Notes under the pieces: model-generated
Database searches by the model: none
Seen by the model: the letters and a program-made list of their open reading frames with translations, nothing else
Told to the model about the DNA's origin: nothing
DNA from: Octopus sinensis
Taxonomy: Eukaryota
Assembly (NCBI RefSeq): GCF_006345805.1
Contig: NC_043004.1
Location: 68,510,001 to 68,574,000, forward strand
DNA length: 64,000 bases
Direction: 5' to 3'
Shown: positions 1 to 12,651 of the stretch, piece after piece
Layout: every line of letters begins with the position of its first letter
Position numbering within the stretch: position 1 is the stretch's first letter
Program-made: the position numbers and the translations under genes

Positions 1-169
1 GTTGGTTGTATATGAGTAATCTTCCTTTCGCTACTCAAATTTATTTTATGATGCACTTATTTTTATCCGTATATCTGTAGTGTGTTTGTGTATACACACG
101 CATTATATACGCACACCATCCAGAGTTTTCGTGGAGTATAAGTGACGAGACAATCCCCTGAACAAGATG

Positions 170-326
170 TGTGTCGCAAGGCTATTCTTTGACACCTGAA
201 TAAACTAGAGCAACGTTAAACGAAATGTTTTGCTCAAGAACACAACGCACCACCCGGTAGGGAAATCGAATCCATGATCTTACAGTCTTGAAAGTAACAC
301 TTAATCACGACGCCACGCTCCTTCAC
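170..326 (-). mobile_element. tRNA-derived SINE fragment (family C)
   Basis: Reverse strand reads A-box/B-box-like head followed by TGTGTTCTTGAGCAAAAC...TTGCTCTAG; homologous to 9525-9685, 47272-47590 and 54990-55145. Confidence 0.6.
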
Positions 327-1019
327 TATACTGGTGAAGTGAAATGGCAGAAATCGAACGAGGGGAATAGGTGACGGACAGTTAAACAACATCAGAGTTT
401 ACAACAGCTAGAGAAATGTTTTTAAAGGTGTGGACAAAATGTTAACACCAAAAGAAAATTTGTGTACATTGAACTCTTCGCCGAAAATTGAAAAGTGAAA
501 AGAAGACTGCCGTTTTGGGTGCACGCCTTATTAATGTAGAGTAAAAAGAAGCAACGAAACAAGAAAAGAAACGATATATGCTTAAAGCATATGTGTACCT
601 TTTAACATTAGGTTGTAGAATATTAATTACCTCCTTGCGACTATTACAATGTATCGTACTCTTAGCACAACTATTTTGAAGCACGTCTGTACAAATATCA
701 GCTACCAGTCTGATAAGCCATCACGGGCTGACATACTACTGCAAGTTTCTCATTCATGATTAATACCATCTCCTGGGAAGCAATGGTAGGACATTTAGGT
801 GATCATTTGACTTGCCAGAATTAACAGCGAAAACCTCCTGAAAATATCATTCTAAGATCGTTGTTTCCATCCGTATCCGCTATACAATGCTAACGCTCTC
901 CTTTATAGTCATATATAGAATGCAACGCAGTAACAATGTTTTACACCAAGCCTGATTCATCTATCAACCGTGTGGCATCTCTTATATTCCTTCCCATGAC
1001 GTTCATCTCTTATGTTCCT

Positions 1020-1370
1020 ACCGTAAGGCTTCACTTCCATTCACGCCAGCTTGATTTAATTCGTCCTTAGTCGAAAGACGCCTGTTGTTTGTATTTGTAA
1101 CTGCGTACCATTTCTCCGTTTTTTCGTCTTGTTTTCGTATACATTCGCGTGCTTTATTCCAAGGATTGTACTGATTTTAGCTTAGATTTTGGGGGGTCGG
1201 CCAGATTGTAGGAAACTCGAGTGTAACCGGCCGAAACTGCAACGACGATCTGGAGCTTGACTGAGGATAGGAAGCTCCGAATGACCCATCCTTGTTCTTT
1301 CCTTTCCTTTTTTGATCGTCTGTCCGGATGCTTTATAGTCGCCTGATACGTTCTTGTTACATTTTTGCTT

Positions 1371-1372
<2 letters not shown>
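1020..1372. repeat. Unclassified dispersed repeat (family X), copy 1
   Basis: Colinear conserved blocks with 5725-6110 in opposite orientation (agctggcgt, cgact, ctaagc, tttcggc, ctcagtca, tcattcg). Confidence 0.55.
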
Positions 1373-1411
<39 letters not shown>

Positions 1412-1444
1412 ATATATATATGTGTGAGTGTATGTCTGTGTGTA

Positions 1445-2430
1445 CAAAACAAAGTTACTTTACTCTACACGGGTAGAAATATGTAAAGTTGATGCAGGTC
1501 CCGCAATTGGGCCAGCCACAATTTTTACTGCTGGTGTAGGAATTGCGGAAGGTAATTTAGCTCTTGTGAGGAATATTTTGATGGACTTTGATTGTCTTTT
1601 ACACTTGATTATTTTGTGTATTTAGAATGCTTGTTTCATTCTTTGGTCTTGGTCTCGTAGTGGGATGTTCTGCTGGATAACATTATAAACCTCTGTGTTT
1701 CTTAGATTGTAATAAAGGGTAATTTATTGGGTGTAACCGGAGCGTTTTTCGTTTTTCGTGTTTCTTCGATATTTATTGCGCTGGCACGATCTATTCCGTT
1801 GTCTATTACCATTAATGGATATCGTCATTTAAGTAGCACTTATTTTAGTTCCTGGAATCTTTTATTGCGAGTTTCCGGGTTTGAGACCATTGTGCAGATA
1901 TTCTTGCTAGAATAAAGGGAATATTATTCTGCGTGTGGTTGCGATGGCGTGAGGAGAAGAGTAGGTATTGTTGAGAATCTGTTTGTTTGTAGTGAATATC
2001 TATTCCAATGGTTTTATCTCCTTTGATGATTTGTGTTTCCAGGAAGGGTAGTTCAGTTTCACTGTATTCCGTGGTAAATTTAATATTATTGTTTTATATT
2101 GTTGATTAGATTTTTAAAATCCATCATTTGTTCTAATGTGTACGTTCATATAATTAAGCAGTATCTAAGTAACGTTTCCATTTTTCTAGTAGATTTTTGT
2201 GCAAGTTCAAGACATATATTAATTTAGATTGTTCATATATCTGCACCTCCACGCCATGACTAGATTGGCGTAAGTCGGAGCAACTTTTGTTACCATCACA
2301 CTCCCAGATATTTGTTTGTAAATATTGCAATCGAAGTCAAAAAGTTTTTTTCGAAGATAAACTTTAATCCTTCAGTGACGAAACTCTTTTCAATTTTGTG
2401 TGGAATTTCATGAGCAATGTCTCAAACGAG
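1445..2430 (-). pseudogene. Penelope-like element RT C-terminal relic with Cys-rich linker
   Basis: Minus-strand translation across stops/frameshifts gives YKQISGSVMVTKVAPTYANLVM, WKRYLD, KFTTEYSETELPFL, DIHYKQTDSQQYLLFSS, NIPFILAR and (C)GWPNCGTC, all PLE RT/thumb/linker hallmarks. Confidence 0.85.
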
Positions 2431-2836
2431 AAATTTATTGCCTGTTATCCATATTGGTGTGGGATTGTGGTATATGGTTTTGCCACATCAGAAATTTCTC
2501 AGACCAGTCATGTAGCTATCCCCTACCAATCAAATCCTATTCAAATCATATACTAATTTGAGCCATGAACTCCCTATAAAAACAGGGAAAATTCAAACAC
2601 TAGTCAGAAGCAAGACAGCTGCGATATAAACCACGTATTTCTATTTGAACTTTTTGAAAATCAGTGTAAACTGTGAAACCGGTTAAAGCTTCCAATATAT
2701 TGATAAAAAATATTTTAACTATTCTCAGTGCATTTTCAACTTCTATTTTTCCTATATATACTTGTATGCATGTATATATGTATGTATATATGTATGCATG
2801 TAGGTATGTATGTATATAAGTATGTATGTATTTATT

Positions 2837-2905
<69 letters not shown>

Positions 2906-3642
2906 AATATTTGTATGCATGTTTATATATGTATGTATGTACGTATGTATTTAGTAGATCTATTCACTTCCTGTTGTCGCACACTAATGCGGTTGGGTGG
3001 TCAAATACATCTTCCCTTAGATGAATTTCGGTAGCAATGGCTCTACCTGCATTGGCTGATCCATCAGCAGCATACGACTAGATAAACTGTTTTGCTATAT
3101 GCAGTCCTGCTCGTTGTATCTACTACTCTCTCTTCCTTTTCTTCTTCTTCTGCCTCTTCCTTTCATTCTTCTTCTTCTTTTCCTATTTCATCTTCTACTT
3201 CTTCTTCTTTTCCTTTCCTTCTCCCTCTTCCGATTCTTCCCCTTCTCCTTCTTCCTCTTCTCCTGTTTCTATTTCCCTTTCGTCTTCTGCTGGTCGCTCT
3301 CCCCGTCCTTTCTTTTCTCCATCCTATCATTGATCCACACTTATAATATCTACCTTCTATACACATACCGCATCCACACATCTAATTGTTTTATTTTACT
3401 ATTTCCTTCCGGTATTTTCCTAAAAACAAGGTCCGAAGAACGTACAATGTAATAGCACATCTTTGATGCACGCTGATGAAATTCCTCTCCAAAAATCTAA
3501 AAGCGCAAATATTACGTGATTTTTCATTTTGAATTTTCGTCTAAATTGGCGATGCAAATGGAGATAATATGGAAACGTTTGTAACATATAATTAAAGATG
3601 TGTTAAAGAATTTTGTTTTTTTCATTGGATATATATACATAT

Positions 3643-3702
<60 letters not shown>

Positions 3703-3736
3703 CTGTATATATATATATATACATATATACATATAC

Positions 3737-3785
<49 letters not shown>

Positions 3786-4257
3786 TACGTATGAAATGCT
3801 AGAGTATGTAAAGGAAATGCTAATTACGTATACTGCTAATAGTTGATAAATATGCATTGCGAGGCTACACAAGCAGATAACAATCGTGAAGAGAATGTCT
3901 TCGTTAATAATATATGAATTCAAATTGACTAACCCTTGACTGTTGTTTACATTTTTTTCTCTTAATTTCTTTCTTATCAGCATTTGCCAAAACAAATGTT
4001 TTTAAAATCCTACTAAATTGTGTACTAATTAATTATTCAAAATAAGAACAGAAGCTTCGAAAATTTTTCAAATTAGTCTAAAGTTTGAGTAAGTCATGGA
4101 GTGAGAAGACTCTTATGCGGAAACTCGGAGGTGATGAACATATGAGAAAATTGAGCAAAGTGAAAGTAGAAAGAGTGAAAATAGAATATGAACAGAGTTT
4201 TAGTAGCAGGGAACTAAGCACAGAATGATAAAAGTTAACGACAGCATCAGACAAACA

Positions 4258-4585
4258 CCCATGGTTGCGGATTCAGTTCCACTGCATGGCACCTTGCACT
4301 AGTGTCTTCTACTAAAGTCTCGGTCCAACCCGAGCTTTATGTGTGGATTTGGTAGACGGGAACTGAAAGTGTGTCTGTGAGTCTGTGTTTCACGCTCCAC
4401 CACAACCATCGGTTTACAACCGATGTTGGTGTGTATATGTGTCCGTACCTTAGTGCTTTGGCGAAAGAGACCGATAGAATGAGTACTAGGTTTACAAAGA
4501 ATAAGTCCCGGGATTTCTTCGATTAAAGGCGGTCCTCCAGCATGGCTGCAGTCAGATGGCTAGAACAAGTAAACGAACAAAAGAA
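4258..4585 (+). mobile_element. SINE family A (tRNA head, CCTTGGGCAAG-type body, CR1-like tail), degenerate copy
   Basis: Homologous along its length to the fuller copy at 30384-30792. Confidence 0.8.
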
Positions 4586-4865
4586 TATGAGAAGAAAAGT
4601 AACAATTAGTCATATTGCATTGTGTCGCCCAGCCACGGTCAAAACGAACAATGATTGGGCTTTCATACTGTAAACACTATAAGAGCATTATGAAATAAGC
4701 CAAGAAAGTGGGAGAGGTATTATAAATACACATCTCAAAATATTCTCGACGATTTCTACTAAGTGAACACGTTGTGCAATTTGATTAATAAAGAGAAAGA
4801 AATTGAAGGACTCATATGTTATTGTGAAAAATCACGATTCTTTCTAATATATATATCAGTTCTAA

Positions 4866-5325
4866 GGCGGCGATCTGGCAGAATCGTTAGCGTGTCAGGC
4901 AAAATGCTTAGAAGCATTTCGTCCGACTCTACAATCACACGTTCTGAGGTCAAATTCCAAGGAGTTCGACTTTGTCTTTTATCATTCTGGAGTTGATAAA
5001 TTATGTACCAGTTGAGCCCTGGGATCAATGTTTTCTATTTAACTTCTCGCCTGAAATTGCTGGTCTGGTCCCAAAATTTGAAGACTATTCATGTAGCAAT
5101 TCATAGGCGGCAACATGGCAGAGTCATTAGCGCGCCAGGCAAAATGCTTAACGGCATTTCGTCCATCTTCACATTCTGAGTTCAAATTCCGCCGTGGTCG
5201 ACATTCTCTTTCAGCCATTCAGGGTCGATAAAATAAGTATCAGTTGAGGACTGTGTGTCGCTGTAATCGACTAACCTCTTCCCCTGATATTACTGGACTT
5301 GTGCCGAAATTTGAAATTAGTATAT
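4866..5325 (+). mobile_element. Two head-to-tail Meta-like SINEs (family B; 4866-5090 and 5106-5325)
   Basis: GGCGGCG..TGGCAGA A-box, GAGTTCAAATTCC B-box, central GTCGAC-TTTGCCTTTCATCC-TTCGGGGTCGATAAAATAAGTACCAG-like domain resembling the Meta domain. Confidence 0.75.
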
Positions 5326-5388
5326 GTATCAGTTCCAATTAAAGAAAATACATTTCCGTAACTACTGGAAAATCTATATTATTTAAAT

Positions 5389-5515
5389 CAGTGGTACTCA
5401 ACCAGCGTCCATATGACCCCCGGAGGTCCATATACAATTTAAAGGGATCCACTCAAGCGAAATAGCAAACAGGATATCCATTGTAAGTATGCATGATAAT
5501 TTTATCCTTTTGATG
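5389..5515. mobile_element. hAT-type MITE left end
   Basis: Begins CAGTGGTACTCAACC, like the TIR of 31738-32074; no right TIR seen. Confidence 0.5.
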
Positions 5516-5519
5516 TATT

Positions 5520-5575
5520 TATTTATTTATTTATTGCCCACAAGGGGCTAAACATAGAAGGGACAAACAAACGGA
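5520..5575 (-). mobile_element. Isolated Tx1-like/SINE-B 3' tail ending in (AAAT)n
   Basis: ttattgcccacaaggggctaaacatagaagggacaaacaa matches tails at 7199, 63154 and 63338 and the Tx1 3' ends. Confidence 0.6.
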
Positions 5576-5683
5576 GAGGGAGGGAGTAGGAGATAGAGAG
5601 AGGGGGGACTACAATATCCAGGCGGTTACCATTGAAGAACTTAATATACGGACATCAAGAAACATATACATGGAAAACCATAA

Positions 5684-5724
<41 letters not shown>

Positions 5725-5728
<4 letters not shown>

Positions 5729-6110
5729 AATGAATGTTTTTATATATAATGAACGTGAAATACAGGAAGGGACGAACACGGAACACAGACAAATCATTCG
5801 AAGCCTTCAATCTTCAGTCAGACACCGAATCATCATAGCAAATTTCGGCTGTTCAATTCTGATATTTGCTCCAACTCGGCCAGCCCCAAGAAAAAAAACT
5901 AAGCTGTAAGCATTAGATTTCTTGGTAGAAGACAGGAATGTGAACGCACAAGACGGATGTGAATACAAGAGACGAAAACGAAATTGAAAACAGTAATGAA
6001 TAAACAAAATATATAACGGTGGTTGTCATACGACTTTAGACCAAATGAGACAAAACAACAAAACAACAACATAGCTGGCGTAGAAATAATTACCGTTTCG
6101 GTAGCGGGGA
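5725..6110. repeat. Unclassified dispersed repeat (family X), copy 2
   Basis: Diverged, inverted homologue of 1020-1372. Confidence 0.55.
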
Positions 6111-6460
6111 CACATGTTGGTCGAGATACGAAGGCCAACAGAATGGTTTAAGAAGCAGCAGGTCGCAGGAGAGAGAGAAAGAGAGACAGAGAGAGAGGGA
6201 ATCAAAGAGGGTGGAAGGCAGGGGACAGAATCAGTGACCAAGAGAAAAGGAGAAAGAAGGGATTAAGGAGGATGGGAGGAAGAGGGGAGGAGGATGGGAG
6301 GAAGAGAGGGGAAGAATCGGAGGGCGCCAAAAAGTTTGGTGAAGAAGCAATGGCGGGTAGGAAAGACAGTGTGTATAGAAGTCGTGCAGGGTTTAAAATT
6401 GGACAAACAAACGGGGGGGGGGGGTGCACGTAACGCCGCAATAATATAAGAATGAATATA

Positions 6461-6570
<110 letters not shown>

Positions 6571-6860
6571 TATATATATGTATGTATGGTTTTCCATATA
6601 TATGTTTCTTGGTGTCCGTATTTGCACCTCCCTGCACACAGATGCACCACGTGAAAACAGGTCTTGTTTTGTTTACATTATCTTAATCATATTTACTTAG
6701 CAGTTCGGCTAAACAAGTTATAGAACATATACCAAACTTATGACTAAGTTTTCAACTAGACATTACCATCACGATCGAGCTCCAGTATGAGCGCAGTCGA
6801 ACGCGTGAAACAAGTGAAAGAATACAGAATAATAGAAACAAAGAGAAATAAATATCCTTT

Positions 6861-7428
6861 TCTACTCTAGGCACAAGGCCCGAAATTTTGGGGGAGGGGC
6901 AGTCGATTACATCGACCTCAGTACGCAACAGGTACTTTTCGACTCCGAAAAGAGGAAAGGCAAAGTCGACCTCGGTGGAATTTGAACTCAGAACGTAAAG
7001 ACAGGCGAAATACCTATTTTTTTACTACCCACAGGGAGCTAACACACAGAGGACAAACAAGGACAGACAAACGGATTAAGTCGATTATATCGATCCCAGT
7101 GCGTAACTGATACTTATTTAATCGACCCCGAAAGGATGAAAGGCAAAGTCGACCTCGGCGGAATTTGAACTCAGAACGTAGCGGTAGCAGAAATACCTTT
7201 TTCTTTACTACCCACAAGGGGCTAAACATAGAGGGGACAAACAAGATAGAGAAACGCATTGAGTCGATTACAACGACCCCAATGCGTAACTGGTACTTAA
7301 TTTATCGACCCTGAAAGGATGAAAGGAAAAAATCAACTTCGGCGGAATTTGAACTCAGAACCTAGCGGCAGACGACATACCGCTAAGCATTTCGCCCGGC
7401 GTGCTAACGTTTCTGCCAGCTCACCGCC
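6861..7428 (-). mobile_element. Meta-like SINE (family B) trimer
   Basis: One full head at 7428, then three repeats of B-box plus Meta-like domain; two internal Tx1-like tails (~7018, ~7199) and a terminal canonical tail (6861). Confidence 0.85.
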
Positions 7429-8179
7429 TTAAAAGAGAAAAGAATATTAATAACGACCAAACAAATGTTAAATAGATTAGTTTCATTACTAAAGAAATAT
7501 TATGTCAATAGCAAAACTGAACCGGAAAATAACTAAGTCTAGAAAGCTGTATCTGTGAACAAAGGTGAAATGATATAACAAGTAAATATAATTATAAGAG
7601 TCCCAGATAACACCAGAATGTTAGTTAAAGCTATAAACCGTTGATCGAACAAACACGAATTCCTTGAGAAAATTAAATTTTGAATATCGTTTTTGGTTGG
7701 TAAAGATCACAGTTGAAATGATATTACTGACAAACAAAGCTGCAAATTAAAGTATTGAGAACATAAAAATTATATATATATATATAGATATTTATATATA
7801 TATATATATATATATATAAATGCACACGTACTCGCGCGCGCATATATATTTGTGTGTGTGTGTGTGCTTGTGCGTGTGCAACCGTCAATCCATCGGAAGC
7901 TGTTAATCCAGAAATGTTTTGCTTCCCTTTCTACATTTTTGCCCTCCATTTTTTCTTTCCTATTTCCTTTCTGTAGAAAAGCGAGAGCTCTTCCATTTTA
8001 CTCGCGCATCACACTAATAGATCTAGGTTATGGTTCTCTCACTTATCTTCTGTTTTTGGGGGTTGTTGGTAAATTTTGAACTATATATATATGCACACTT
8101 AGACACACACGCATAGATAGATACATGTGCGTATGTCTGTGTTTTTATATCTATCTATCTAATCTATCAATTTATCTAC

Positions 8180-8219
<40 letters not shown>

Positions 8220-8235
8220 TTATTTATCTATCATC

Positions 8236-8267
<32 letters not shown>

Positions 8268-8270
8268 ATA

Positions 8271-8328
<58 letters not shown>

Positions 8329-8639
8329 GAAACAACGATCAGTGAGAAGATTTATATATGATTCAATAAAAATATTTGAAAGGTTAAAAACCGCATACGA
8401 GATCGAAATCTTAAGAGAAGAATGTTCTTATAAAGGAAGACGGTAATATTCAATGCTCTGTGCCAAAGAAGTAAAATTTTATGGGGGGGGGGGGACAGGG
8501 ATAGTTGACGAGATGATGAATGCCTATGTGTAAGGAAATACGGTAAATCTTTTTTAAAAAAATACATTTAAAAGACCTCTGAGGAAATAACGATTAAGAA
8601 GAATGAAGATAAATATTTTGCAGGGTGAGGTGTTTGACA

Positions 8640-9050
8640 GGTTAGATTTTTAAAAATATCTGTGGATGGTTTAGTTTTAAGATGCCCAGAAAGGACGTTT
8701 CGTCGTTAACATGTAGCATGGAATGTTAGAAGCCAAAACGTGGTAAAAATTTAGAGTGATGTGAATAGTATGATTATTGTGCAGAAGATGTAAAGGAAAA
8801 AAAGCGGAAAGTTGTCTGTATGTGAAATACTGTTGGAGAATCATTATATTGAAAGGCATAACATTGCATTGGCGATTCCATAGAAAATTTGGCAAAGCAA
8901 GAAAGATTAATTGGAATATCTCTGGTGTCATATAAAACTTGATATAATATACTCACAATATTGAATACTAAGAAGACGAGAAAAAATATATCGTGTTGTG
9001 ATTCTGAGTACTTCATGCATAAATTTACCACTATGAGAATGATATATTTA
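8640..9050 (+). pseudogene. RLE-type (R2/R4/NeSL-like) non-LTR relic: zinc knuckle region
   Basis: CRRCKGKKAESCLYVKYC, then HYIERHN and LHW in adjacent frames, resembling CxxC..ET..H..C / RHN / LHW. Confidence 0.5.
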
Positions 9051-9524
9051 ATTTTAGAAAATTCTACCACGGAGAAAAGTTATGTTTTCATAAATATATA
9101 TCTGTCACAATGAAAAAGAATCGGAGGGGAAACGGTAAAAGATATTGAAAAAATACTAATAGCAAGTCCTGGAAATACGTGTGCGAAAAGAGTAAAATGA
9201 AAAAAATTTCATCCAATTTTGTTTCTTATCTTGTTGCTACTTCATATCTGTAACAGATTCTCAATAATGCGCCTTCATATTGGGGCTCTCTGTGAGTAAA
9301 TATATCCAGAACGGAGAATATGTTGGATAAATGTTTTGTGTTTAATAGCAAATAAGATTTTTCTATAGGCGTTTGTCATGGCTGTGTGTTTAAGAAACTC
9401 ACTTTGCAGCCATGTCGTTCTGGATTCAGTCCTACAGTGCAGGAATACAGGCTGGTGTCTTCAACTATAGTTCGGTTCCAAACTATATATTGTGAAAGAA
9501 TTTGGTGGGCGAAAATTGTGTAAA

Positions 9525-9685
9525 GGCCTGTTGGGTGTGGCCAAGTGGTTAAGGTGTTCTACTCACCGCCTCGAGAATGTGGTTTCTATTTCCAGACTGG
9601 CTCTCGGCGTTGAGCTCTGGAGCAAAAAGAAAAAGTTCATTTTATGTTACTCTAGTTCACTCTGTGATAAATGGGTAACACTGTG
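9525..9685 (+). mobile_element. SINE family C fragment
   Basis: GTGTGGCCAAGTGGTTAAGG A-box-like head and TGAGC..GGAGCAAAA body as in 170-326. Confidence 0.55.
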
Positions 9686-9875
9686 ACACATCAGCGTTCC
9701 ATTTAGTGTGAATATTGGCATGGATGCATAACCAGCGGGGTCACCACATTCGAAAGTTAAAACAATGCGAAGCCGATTGTGACTAGCGTTGTAGAACAAC
9801 ATCCAATAATCTGGTTCATAACGGGATACTGTGATATGCGATTGTGTGTAGATGTGTACGCATGCATGTGTATGC

Positions 9876-9908
9876 CTGAGATCGAATTCAGATGAAACAA
9901 TTGTAAAC
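9876..9908 (+). ncRNA. 3' half of HHR-like motif
   Basis: CTGA..TCAGAT-GAAA-CAATTG-TA-AAC; same palindromic helix III as 49959-49970; no intact CUGANGA. Confidence 0.3.
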
Positions 9909-12126
9909 TGATCTAATAAAGAAAAAAAACTGTATTTTTGTTTATAATTGTAAGATGAAACTATTTCCGAATTATTGTCTGTCTGATAGCCTGCATCCGT
10001 GGGTGAGCTTAATATGGTAAACCCCTGACTTAAAACCAGGCTAAATTATAATATATAGACACACACATACATTAGGAAAAAGAGAGATTTTAAAATACAT
10101 ACAACTATCAATAAAGCAGTTTCAAACGAATTTGGTTGAGTATATCAAACAATCAGATACCAATAAATGCAAGTTGAGAAAGAATAGTAACTAGTTGGTA
10201 TTAATGAAGTACTATTTTTGTCGAACAGTACCAAATGACACATAAAAAAATAGAAAAAAACATAGAAAATTTCATTTGCTCCGAATATCTGAGCAGCATC
10301 CACGAAATGGGATGAATATGGAATACTGGGAACCGAACGCTTTATACATTCAGCCAAACAGCCACTACCACAATGGAAGTATAACATATTAAATACATAC
10401 AGACACACTCGCGTACACGCACATATCCAATCACACGCATACATAAACATATATATATATATATAGTGTGTGTGAGAGAGAGAGGGAGACACTGAGAGAG
10501 GGAAGAAGAAAGAAGGAGAAATGGATGTATGTGTATGTGTGTACTAATTAATAACCATAATTTTAACCAATTATAATTAACATCGTTAGTGAATGATTAA
10601 TTTTTACGAAGGGGTATAATTTACACAGATTCATTAATTCACAAATTAAATTTGAATTTCAGTAAATTCATTGCCACAGCCCTCTAACTTAAGCATTTGA
10701 AAACAATATATACATAAATATATACATACATATACATATATATGTGTGTATGTGTGTGTGCGCGCGTGCGTATGTATGTATATATATATATATCGACCGT
10801 ACATATACATACACAAACACGTATATACATACACACACACACACACACACATACACACACATATATATATACATATATATGCATATATAAATATCTATAT
10901 ATATGTATGCATATTCATGCCTATATTTATATGCATGTGTGGGTTTCTGCGACTGCGCAGTTTACGTTCACAGAAGGACATGCAATATTTAATAATGTAC
11001 ATAATAATCAGATAGCCCCTTAGTGCATAATTAATTTATATTCTCCTAGGAATTTCTCGGTGTTATTTCGAATCAAGATGGAATATCGTCATTGTATGTT
11101 ACACATTAATAGACGGGGGAAAAAAGCAGATATTATTATGCCCATAGCTACGTTAGTGATAAATTATACTGCAACCGTTGTGCCTGCTGTGAATGTAAAA
11201 CATTCAAGAAATCCATTTCCTTCCAATCATGTATCGATGATTTAAAAGAGAGAGAAACTGAAAGTATGTTCTACGGTGTGGAATGCCTATATAGTAATAA
11301 CAGGATATGAGGCTCGAGTCTTCAAAGTGGCTGTTTGTTTCTATTCTTTTATTCCTTTCAGCCATGCATCTACGATCATTTCAGAGCACCACTGTGGATT
11401 TTGTAAATACGGATCCAGCAATGTCACTGCTTATTCTGGTCGATCTTTGCCTGCTGGTGCCATATTTCTATATGCTTATAAGTTACATATAGACATTAAA
11501 TATATACCTTTTAATATTATCTCTACATATTTATAACGTTTGTATCCGAATACGTCTAAGGTACCGTAGCAATCAAAGGTGGAAATATAGGTATTGGGTG
11601 TATATACATATTTCAGGAATTTTTGTTCCTTCTTCAGTACCTAAAGTATATGTGGGTGTTGGTGTGTGTGGTGTGTGTGTATGTTTTTCTTTTTCTTTTA
11701 TTTTTATTCCATTTAAAATTGCTTCATACATGACGCATAGAGACAGAAGCAGTATTAATAACTAAAGGTAATCTTTCTCTCCAACCTAACTTTGAAGTTG
11801 TGTTAGAACACCAGAGTACTGCGTTATTTCTCTGGAGAGGTCCTCTCATATGAACTCGTGGTACATAAAAGCAATCGCTTTTATACCGTTCACACACAAA
11901 AATCATCTGCTATGGACGCTGAAACTGCTAGATCCCGTGCTTTCACTGTTCTGCGCTCCTCACCGTCACACGTCTAGAAGCGATATATCAGGCGAATTTC
12001 CCGCGATATATATATATATATATGTATGTATGTATGTATAAATAATTGAGAATCAGTTGATTCAGATACTTAAATTAGAGCACCAAGTGAGTCCGGTATT
12101 ATCTGCACAGCTCGAAGTAAGGTGAA

Positions 12127-12644
12127 TAAAATCAAATTAAGGAACAGATATCAACACGTGATAAAATACAACCGTTTCAAGCGGCTCCATTGAATTGAAC
12201 AATGCAATCTTTACGTGAATTTAAATATAGACCTATCATCAACTGCACAAATAAATAGAATTTTTATCAGTTGGATACATTAATATAATTTTTCTCAAAT
12301 ACTTTAACACAGCAAGAAGGTGGAAGAGATCCATTTTGTCACTATTGTAACTAAGAATACTACACTGAGGTCAAAGCTTGTAAATCCTTTACACGTGGGT
12401 GTGTAGTCTATTCTTAGCTACAATGGCGACAACATGGATTTCTCCCATCTTATTGTTCTGTAAAAATATTTGTAAAAACTTATATTAATTTGTCCAACTA
12501 ATTAAAATTCTATTTATATGTGCATCTGATGATAGCTCTGCATTTAAATTGATGTAATGATTGCATTGTTCAATTAAATGGAGCCGCGCTTGAAACGGTC
12601 GTACTGGATCACTTCTTGATATCTCGTTGCTTATTTTGATTTTA
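12127..12644. repeat. Diverged inverted repeat (arms ~12127-12293 and 12474-12644) with HHR-like cores
   Basis: Arms reverse-complementary with scattered mismatches. The right arm has CTGATGA (12526-12532), a long hairpin, then GAAA-CGG-TC (12592-12600). Confidence 0.75.
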
Positions 12645-12651
12645 TATATAT

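Noticed and set aside
6861-7428. CRISPR-like spaced repeats
   Set aside because: Units are contiguous SINE segments without unique spacers, in a eukaryotic context with no cas genes.
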